A DNA stretch of 12,416 nt from Promethearchaeota archaeon (GTDB taxonomy: Archaea; Asgardarchaeota; Lokiarchaeia; Sigyniarchaeales; SOKP01): the NCBI GenBank assembly GCA_019058015.1, contig JAHLWH010000063.1, positions 1 through 12,416 on the forward strand. The letters run 5' to 3'. Positions within the stretch are counted from its first letter, which is position 1. Each line of letters opens with the position of its first letter. The notes under the pieces are model-generated. The model made no database searches. It was given only the letters and a program-made list of their open reading frames with translations, and was not told where the DNA came from. The position numbers and the translations under genes were made by a program. Positions 1 through 6,252 of the stretch are shown in pieces.

Positions 1-33
1 AAAAAAAAAAAAAAAATAAAGGAGTTGATGTTA

Positions 34-756
34 ATGAAAAAAAAAGTTTCCATAATAATAATAGATGGAGAGGAATATTCGATATCTGAAGATAGAAAAA
101 ATATTAAAGGAAAAGAGAAGAAATATACAATAGACGAATTTCGAGAAGAAAAAGCAAAAAAAATTCCAATTTTCGTGGCACCGCCTAAAACAGTCAGAGA
201 AGGTGTTGTTTTTGGTTTTTCTAAAAAAGAGGACCATGAAAAATGGCTTAAAGAGAATGGACTTTATGAAGATCATGAACTTCAAAAAAAAATACTGGAA
301 AAAGTAAAACATAAACTATCCTCTGAAGGATACGAAAAATTCAAAAAACACCAAATAGAGGAAGTAAAAGAAGCAACAACAAAATTTGAGGAATTTATGA
401 AAAAACATAATTTGAAATCTGATGAAATTGAAAAGATAAAGAAGCTCTTAAGAGATGACCCATATTTTGGAAAACATACAAATAGCATATATCTTTACCA
501 TGATATTTGGTTTCAAAGATGGGGGATAGCACTTCCAGGAAAAACCTGGCCTTGGGAGTTCTGTGGAAAATTTTATAATGATTTTCGTGATTTTGGTTTT
601 AATGATAAAGCATCTTCATACTGGCAAACCGATAAAGCCATACTCTTTCAGCATATAAATTTTGAAGGAGCTCAATTTTATTGTCACCAAGCTTCCATAG
701 GTGATTTGAGGCCTTATGGTTGGAATGATAAAGTATCATCAGCACTAGTGCTTTAA
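34..756 (+). CDS. Beta/gamma-crystallin domain protein: charged helical N-terminal region plus one C-terminal two-Greek-key crystallin domain, probably Ca2+-binding
   Basis: C-terminal ~90 aa hold two Greek-key-like motifs, IYLYHDIWFQRW...FNDKASS and ILFQHINFEG...WNDKVSS. Each ends in the N/D-N/D-x-x-S/T-S Ca2+ signature of microbial crystallins. Start placed at ATG 34, 4 nt after SD-like GGAGTTGAT (21-29); the ORF track opens at TTG 25. Confidence 0.8.
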   Translation: MKKKVSIIIIDGEEYSISEDRKNIKGKEKKYTIDEFREEKAKKIPIFVAPPKTVREGVVFGFSKKEDHEKWLKENGLYEDHELQKKILEKVKHKLSSEGYEKFKKHQIEEVKEATTKFEEFMKKHNLKSDEIEKIKKLLRDDPYFGKHTNSIYLYHDIWFQRWGIALPGKTWPWEFCGKFYNDFRDFGFNDKASSYWQTDKAILFQHINFEGAQFYCHQASIGDLRPYGWNDKVSSALVL

Positions 757-1009
757 ATATAACACTATGATTAACTGTAAATTCAAAAGAAGTGGGTTTA
801 TTTCATAGTTTTGTATTAAATTAGAAATCCAAATATTTGAGTAAATTTAAAAAAAGAGAAAACGAATTATTGTAAAAAAGAACTAACATTTAAATAAAAT
901 CTTAATTACTTTCTTTTTCTTATTTGACGATTTTAATCCAGTAATAAACAAATAAAAATATTAATACCAAAAAAAGATTTTATTAGAGAAAAGTGATATT
1001 GGGAGGAGT

Positions 1010-3439
1010 ATGAAAAAAATGAAAATGAAAATATGTTCACAAATAATAATGCTCCTTCTATTAACTATCATAATATTATTAGAATTCAACATTGTTGGAG
1101 TAATTACATTACTTTTTAATGCAAACGGAGAAGCTTCTCAAGATAATAACGATTTTGTTTTAATTTTCGGTGCTAGCTCATCTCCTGTAGATCTAGATCC
1201 ACAATATGCTTGGGATAGTGCTTCCATTGATGTTATTGATCAAGTTTGCGAGGGGTTATATACCTATAATTTATCTGATCCAGAACTTGCAATTATTCCG
1301 AGTCTTGCTATAGTAGACGGTACATGGACGATAAATGGGTTAATCTATACTGTTCCGCTTAGACAGGGGGTTACATTTCACGATGGAACTAAATTTAATG
1401 CGACAGCTGTTAAATGGACATTCGATAGATTGGCTTATCTTATGAATGCAACCGGAACTCTCCCCGCCTCTGTGGGTGTAACCCAATTTAAGGATTTATA
1501 TAAAAATAAAAATATGCCAATTATAAATAATACTGTAATCATTGACGAATATACTGTAGGTTTTGTGTTAAATACTCCTTTCACACCATTCCAAGCATTA
1601 TTATGTTTCAGTGGTTCATACATTTTATCGCCTACATCAACTAACGCGACTGGCTACATTGATATGGCAACTGGAGATTTAGTTGGGACTGGCCCTTTTG
1701 TATATGATTCATATACTGAGGATGTTGAGGTGAAATTCCATGCTTTTGAAAATTACTGGGATGGTGCTCCGAACGTCAATAATTTAACTTTTTCAATAAT
1801 TAATAATCCAACACATAGAAACCAAGCTTTATTAAACGGCACGATTGACTTTTTAGACGATCCTTTACCGAACATGTTGAATACTTTCGAAACTGATCCC
1901 AATATAACTTTAGTATCTACACAAGATTCGTTCATCCGATATCTTGGGATGAACAACAAACAAATTAATAAAACGTGGAGACAAGCAATTTCCTACGCGA
2001 TTAATTATTCTTATATTATTAATGAAATTATGGAAGGTCAGGCTGTAAGATTGAAATCTCCTATTCCTATCGGTATCAGATGGGCTAATTGGTCATTTAA
2101 CGTAGCCATTTATAATATTACAAAAGCAAGACAAATCCTCGTTGATGCTGGCGTTTGTAGCTTTGACGTATATAGTGATACTGAATGGATAAATGCAACA
2201 CTAGCAATGTATAATTATACGTATAATATAGGTAATATAGTTCGAGAAAGCATTGGGTACTTATTACAGGAGAATCTTAGACAAATTGGAATTAATGTAA
2301 CATTAGCTGGTATGAATTGGACAGATTTTATTCATAGATTATATGAGTTGACCCATTATACCAGAGATATGATACAACTTTATTTCTTTGGATGGGTGCC
2401 TGATTACAACGATCCGAGCAATTTCATTAATTCGTTATTGTCTAATACATCCTCATCAAACACTGCGCAATACTATAATTATACGATACAGTTATGGATG
2501 GATCAAGCTCTTAATGAAACCAATGATATTTTGAGAAGACAATTATATGATAACATTCAAAAAGTACTTGTTGAAGATCACATGCCCTGGGCATTCGGCT
2601 ATGTTGGATTTATCCGATATGCTTATCGTAGCGATATTATTGGCTATCAATCAAACTCATTGGGAAAAAAGCGGTTTTATGATATATCACAAAAGGAACT
2701 AGATAATGGTCTTGATAACGGAGTTTATGTAATTAGTATAATATGCTCTGGAATTGGTGCAGTATGCGGGATTGCGATTGTTAATATTGTTCCTAAGAGA
2801 ATTTCTATAAGAAAAGCGGTAAAAAAAATTATCAAGGAAATGGAATCAGAGGGTATGCCTATATTTAGAAAATATCAAGATTTAATAAAGAAATTGGAAG
2901 ATATGCGGGGTGAATTTTCTAAGAAAAATAAAAGAGAAATTATGGATGTATTTAAAGACTATATTGAATTAAAAGCCGAAGATAAGCATGTTGTGCTAAA
3001 AAGTTTTCAGAAATTAGCAAATGAAAAAATAAAAAGTGAAATGATGAAAAAAATTATCGAGGAAATGAAATCAGAGGGTATGCCTATAGATAGAAAATAT
3101 CAAAATTTGATAAAGAAATTAGAGGATATGTGGAAGGAACTTTCTGAAAAATATTTAAGAAAAATTATGGATGTAATTAAAAAATATATTGAATTAAAAG
3201 CCGAAGATAAGCAAGCTATGCTAGAATGTTTTCAGAAATTAGCAAGTGAATTCTTACTTGCGTGTAAATTATGCCAACAAAAAAATTTTGATGAGGGTTT
3301 ACATAAATTTCAAAAAGTTGCAAAAATGGCTAAAAAAGAAGGGTTTGGTGACCTTGCTAAAGAAGCAAAAGTTTCTAAATCGGAGTTTTTAATAGAAAAA
3401 AAGATACTTCTCGGGGAGGTAAAAAAAAATGCGGGATAA
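1010..3439 (+). CDS. Family-5 (DppA/OppA-like) solute-binding protein with N-terminal signal/TM, second TM and ~215-aa cytoplasmic tail
   Basis: SBP5 motifs LDPQYAWD..S..VIDQVCEGL, LRQGVTFHDGTKFNATAVKWTFDR, VGTGPF, RQAISYAINY, GWVPDYNDP. Hydrophobic N-terminus and TM VYVISIICSGIGAVCGIAIVNIV (2723-2791). About 19 N-x-S/T sequons lie in the SBP part and none in the tail. Start could be ATG 1010, 1019 or 1025. Confidence 0.9.
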   Translation: MKKMKMKICSQIIMLLLLTIIILLEFNIVGVITLLFNANGEASQDNNDFVLIFGASSSPVDLDPQYAWDSASIDVIDQVCEGLYTYNLSDPELAIIPSLAIVDGTWTINGLIYTVPLRQGVTFHDGTKFNATAVKWTFDRLAYLMNATGTLPASVGVTQFKDLYKNKNMPIINNTVIIDEYTVGFVLNTPFTPFQALLCFSGSYILSPTSTNATGYIDMATGDLVGTGPFVYDSYTEDVEVKFHAFENYWDGAPNVNNLTFSIINNPTHRNQALLNGTIDFLDDPLPNMLNTFETDPNITLVSTQDSFIRYLGMNNKQINKTWRQAISYAINYSYIINEIMEGQAVRLKSPIPIGIRWANWSFNVAIYNITKARQILVDAGVCSFDVYSDTEWINATLAMYNYTYNIGNIVRESIGYLLQENLRQIGINVTLAGMNWTDFIHRLYELTHYTRDMIQLYFFGWVPDYNDPSNFINSLLSNTSSSNTAQYYNYTIQLWMDQALNETNDILRRQLYDNIQKVLVEDHMPWAFGYVGFIRYAYRSDIIGYQSNSLGKKRFYDISQKELDNGLDNGVYVISIICSGIGAVCGIAIVNIVPKRISIRKAVKKIIKEMESEGMPIFRKYQDLIKKLEDMRGEFSKKNKREIMDVFKDYIELKAEDKHVVLKSFQKLANEKIKSEMMKKIIEEMKSEGMPIDRKYQNLIKKLEDMWKELSEKYLRKIMDVIKKYIELKAEDKQAMLECFQKLASEFLLACKLCQQKNFDEGLHKFQKVAKMAKKEGFGDLAKEAKVSKSEFLIEKKILLGEVKKNAG
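2822..3250 (+). repeat. Intragenic tandem duplication, period 225 bp (75 aa), two copies: 2822-3025 and 3047-3250
   Basis: KKIIKEMESEGMPIFRKYQDLIKKLEDM...YIELKAEDKHVVLKSFQKLANE versus KKIIEEMKSEGMPIDRKYQNLIKKLEDM...YIELKAEDKQAMLECFQKLASE. Shared DNA blocks include aatcagagggtatgcctata, tatattgaattaaaagccgaagataagca and tttcagaaattagcaa at a constant 225-nt offset. Confidence 0.95.
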
Positions 3440-3974
3440 GAATCAAGATTATGAAAAGAGGGTATCAAGTCAGGTTGAGTGCGAAGAAATGAGATTAATG
3501 AAAAAAAGATATTGGAAATTGATTTTGTACATTCTTCAGATTATTTTAGTAATGTATATTTCTAGTATGATTATAGATCCTATTTTAGCTGTGATAATTG
3601 GTGTTTTGATGGGAACAATTATTACTATGGTAATTACAATCTTCGAACGAATAAAAAAGGAAAAAAAAGTTAAAATTCAAGATATAATTGATTTTGTTGC
3701 GACAATTTTGAAAGGTTTACCCTTTGTGAGAGATATACCCATTGAATTAAAGCAAATTATTAAATCTCCTTATGATAGGGTCAAAATAAGCAAAATGAAA
3801 AAATATCTATATCTGATCCACAAATTTATTAAAACTAAAAATTTTAAACGCTCTGGTAAATATTCTAAAGATGATGCAATAAAAAACCTCAAAGAGATTA
3901 AGAAAAGTGCAGAAAAATATAATTTCACGGACATCTTCGATGAAACAAAATTTTTATTAACATCTACCAAATAA
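3429..3974 (+). CDS. Hypothetical membrane protein (two adjacent TM helices + basic helical cytoplasmic domain), translationally coupled to the SBP gene
   Basis: Overlaps the upstream gene by 11 nt. SD GGAGGT (3415-3420) lies 8 nt before the ATG. Hydrophobic runs LILYILQIILVMYISSMII and PILAVIIGVLMGTIITMVITIF. Followed by a U-tract. Confidence 0.8.
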   Translation: MRDKNQDYEKRVSSQVECEEMRLMKKRYWKLILYILQIILVMYISSMIIDPILAVIIGVLMGTIITMVITIFERIKKEKKVKIQDIIDFVATILKGLPFVRDIPIELKQIIKSPYDRVKISKMKKYLYLIHKFIKTKNFKRSGKYSKDDAIKNLKEIKKSAEKYNFTDIFDETKFLLTSTK

Positions 3975-3980
3975 TTAAAC

Positions 3981-4006
3981 TCTTTTTTTCCTTTTTATCT
4001 TTTTTT
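3981..4006 (+). terminator. Archaeal-type U-rich terminator after the SBP/2-TM operon
   Basis: tctttttttcctttttatcttttttt starts 7 nt after the stop at 3974. Confidence 0.55.
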
Positions 4007-4172
4007 AATAATTAATTTTGAAAGAAAATCCAGAATGGGATTAAATATAGGCATAAAAAAGATAATTATTGTGATTATTTGCATATTTATAAGAGGATTG
4101 GTTACGTTCAACGGCTGAAAAAATTACCAAACAGGCAGTTAGCTTTACTAAACATGCTCATAGAAAGAAAAT

Positions 4173-4194
4173 AGGGATGTTCAACAACATCCCT
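4173..4194. repeat. Perfect 9-bp inverted repeat (hairpin); possible - strand terminator, operator or mobile-element end
   Basis: AGGGATGTT-caac-AACATCCCT. On the - strand it is followed by ATTTTCTTTCT, ~90 nt downstream of the HTH fragment stop. Confidence 0.5.
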
Positions 4195-4281
4195 GTAAAG
4201 TTCTTAAAAATAATCAAGATAATTTCAATTGTTTTAAAAATATTGGAGAACCGTAAAAATTAAGAATATTAAATTTAACAT

Positions 4282-4539
4282 TCATATATCGTAATCTTCT
4301 AATATTTTGTTAATGTCTTTATCTTGTAGGAATTTTCTCGCGTCTGTATAGCGATTCACTCCAAATTTTCCAAGTATCTTTTTTATTCGTCTATTAAGAG
4401 TGCTATATGATATTTTATATTCGGACAGAAGCTCTTTAATTGTTTTCCAGTTCTCTATATCGTTTAAAAATTTCTCTACTTCTTTTTTTATCTCATTTTT
4501 ACCTCGTAGGAATTCTCTTGCATCTATTAAAGTTATAAT
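4282..4539 (-). pseudogene. 5'-truncated fragment of a repetitive helix-turn-helix protein (85 codons, no ATG/GTG/TTG start at its 5' end)
   Basis: Manual translation: IITLIDAREFLRGKNEIKKEVEKFLNDIENWKTIKELLSEYKISYSTLNRRIKKILGKFGVNRYTDARKFLQDKDINKILEDYDI*. HTH-like TIKELLSEYKISYSTLNRRIKK. Internal repeat DAREFL/DARKFL 60 aa apart (DNA 4323-4349 vs 4503-4528). Confidence 0.65.
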
Positions 4540-4647
4540 TTATAATTTATACGACAATAAACAAAAAACAAAGATATTCTCAAATTTTTTTTAAAATTTT
4601 TTATTATAAAACTTATCAAATAAATAATTTATAAGAACTGAGAACCG

Positions 4648-4719
4648 TTGAATGAAGAATTAGAAAAATTATCCAAAAAGGAATTGATTAATTACATTGA
4701 GGACTTCTCGAAAAACTGG
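4648..4719 (+). pseudogene. Truncated gene start resembling the N-terminus of DUF6125-family proteins
   Basis: MNEELEKLSKKELINYIEDFSKNW resembles, from recall, the LSKEELI..IEDFAKNW(LAHDGLWF) start of DUF6125 proteins. After KNW the frame becomes Phe/Ser-rich, typical of antisense sequence. Confidence 0.45.
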
Positions 4720-5207
4720 ATTTTCTTGTTTTGTTTTCAAGATCTTAACAGAGTTTCAGATAATTTTTTTAGTTCTTCTACTGATTTTTTTACATTCTTA
4801 ACAAATACAAATTCTTTTTTATCATCGGTAACTTTTAACCCCTATTTCTTTCGGGTTCTTTTTTCTGTTTTGTCTTGATATATCTTTCAACCCAGTTTTT
4901 GAGATAAAGAGATATGGAAATGTTTTAGGGGGTATTTTATTTCCTAGATAAATTTCTTCTAAATGCCATATCATAAATTTTTCATAAAAATAATGTCATA
5001 TTACAACTAAAAAAATAAAGCTTTAAAATATTTATATATTTAATTTTTCCTTTTAATTTGTTTTTTGAACGTTGTTAAATCTATAAATTTATGAATATAT
5101 ACTTTTTAAGGCTCATAATATTGAGGTGCAAGGCTTTCATAGTAATTTTATAGTATTTTTTTTTTGTCATATATATTTAAATTAAATAAATAAGTAGAAA
5201 TTAAAAT

Positions 5208-6029
5208 ATGAAATCTCATAAACTTCAAAGATTAGGAAAATACAAATTTGAGAGTGGTAGTGTCATAGAATTTGTTATTGACATTGATACTGCCAAGGAC
5301 TACGGATTAGATGAATCACTGAAATTTTTTGTTTCTGCTACTGAGGACTTCGTAAAATGCAGTGATCATAGTTTTAACATAAATAGAGCGAAAGTGCGTA
5401 AGATGCCTGAAGAGGAATCTAATTTAAAGCAATTATTAGTGAAAGATAATGCAAAAGGTCTGGAGAAAATTAGGAAAGCCAACATGTTTATGAAAGAAGA
5501 ACCTAAGAAAATAAAAGATTCAGAAGAGTATAAGAAACTTTGTATTTTACGTGCTAGAGAGTTCAAAGAGAAAGTGATGGCCATAGATTTGTCACCTGAT
5601 GAACGAAAAATTATCGAAGAAGAATATACCAATAGTCGTAAAATCTTAGAAACTGAGGGAATGCGGGGGCTTATCAAGCACTTGGATAATCAATTCAGAG
5701 AATTGGAGAAAGTTTTATCCAACCCATTAAAAGCATGGAAACATACCAGCCCGTCAATTGGTGGCGCTATAGTTGCAATAATCGTAATTACCCTCGTATT
5801 TGGCGGTTTAATTCTTTCAATTGCGATTCCTCGAAGACCACGTTATTTAGGTAATACGAATACGAAGGAAATTCACGATTTAAACAATGTAAAATTAGAG
5901 TGCAAGACAGAGTATATTAAGAAAGAGCATATTGTTTATTTTAAGACATTAGAGGAAGCCGAAAACGCCATGAAAACTCAAGGGTTCAATGGTTGTTATT
6001 GGTGTATGCGGAAATATCATACTGATTAA
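5208..6029 (+). CDS. Hypothetical protein: charged helical N-terminal domain, single TM helix, C-terminal Ada-like metal (Zn)-binding domain
   Basis: TM IGGAIVAIIVITLVFGGLILSIAI followed by PRRPR. C-terminal domain (5841-6026) YLGNTNTKEIH...C...VYFKTLEEA...GFNGCYWC matches the YxGNxxxxxxH-C...F....EA...G...CxxC pattern of Ada-like metal-binding domains. Confidence 0.75.
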   Translation: MKSHKLQRLGKYKFESGSVIEFVIDIDTAKDYGLDESLKFFVSATEDFVKCSDHSFNINRAKVRKMPEEESNLKQLLVKDNAKGLEKIRKANMFMKEEPKKIKDSEEYKKLCILRAREFKEKVMAIDLSPDERKIIEEEYTNSRKILETEGMRGLIKHLDNQFRELEKVLSNPLKAWKHTSPSIGGAIVAIIVITLVFGGLILSIAIPRRPRYLGNTNTKEIHDLNNVKLECKTEYIKKEHIVYFKTLEEAENAMKTQGFNGCYWCMRKYHTD

Positions 6030-6077
6030 ATTCAGTATCAAATTATTTAAGTTGAGAATATATTTTTCTTTGCCAAT

Positions 6078-6244
6078 AAAACCAAAGAAAAAGATAAAAA
6101 GACAAAAATGTAAAAGAAGTAAAAAAAAAAAAAAGTAAAAAAAAATAAAAAAAAAAAAAAGAAAAAAAAAAAAAAAAAAAAAAATAAAAAAAAATAAAAA
6201 TTAAAAAAAGTAAAAAAAAAAAAAAATACAAATTAATAAAAAAA
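6078..6244 (+). repeat. Long poly(dA)-rich low-complexity tract
   Basis: ~165 nt of overwhelmingly A with isolated T/G/C, ending directly at the SD of the next gene. A similar A-run (1-20) precedes the first gene at the window edge. Confidence 0.85.
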
Positions 6245-6252
6245 GAGGTGAT
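6245..6252 (+). promoter_or_regulatory. Shine-Dalgarno GAGGTGAT
   Basis: Matches the archaeal SD consensus (G)GAGGTGAT. The GTG used as start by the ORF track lies inside it. Confidence 0.6.

Noticed and set aside
472-486. KHTNS as an intein/Hint C-terminal splice junction
   Set aside because: Hint domains end in adjacent His-Asn and are beta-rich with an N-terminal Cys/Ser block. Here His and Asn are separated and the preceding region is helical and charged.
31-3970. - strand ORFs 31-312, 282-488, 1435-1623, 1753-1959, 3770-3970
   Set aside because: They lie antisense within well-supported + strand genes, are mostly Phe/Ser/Ile-rich shadow translations, and have no motifs.
4030-4200. Possible transposase C-terminal remnant ending at the 4173-4194 hairpin
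   Set aside because: Short frames only, with no DDE or HUH motif, second terminal repeat or target-site duplication recognisable.
4400-4594. + strand 64-aa ORF
   Set aside because: Antisense shadow of the - strand HTH-repeat fragment, which has far more protein-like sequence.
4648-4878. 76-aa ORF as an intact gene
   Set aside because: Only the first 24 codons look like real protein; the rest is the antisense of a decayed - strand frame.
4738-4882. In-frame TAG and TGA as pyrrolysine/selenocysteine recoding
   Set aside because: No start, no recognisable selenoprotein or methyltransferase context, and intact genes in the window use TGA as a normal stop. Decay is the simpler explanation.
4706-4904. 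Imperfect inverted repeat TCTC(G)AAAAACTGG at 4706-4719 and 4892-4904 as an invertible switch restoring the truncated gene
   Set aside because: Inverting the segment gives KNW-VERYIKTKQKKEPERNRG*, which is short and does not continue the expected family sequence. No recombinase is nearby, and the match is short and A-rich.
5366-6231. - strand ORFs 5366-5677 and 6043-6231 (poly-Phe)
   Set aside because: The first is a shadow of the 5208 gene. The second is just the reverse complement of the poly(dA) tract.
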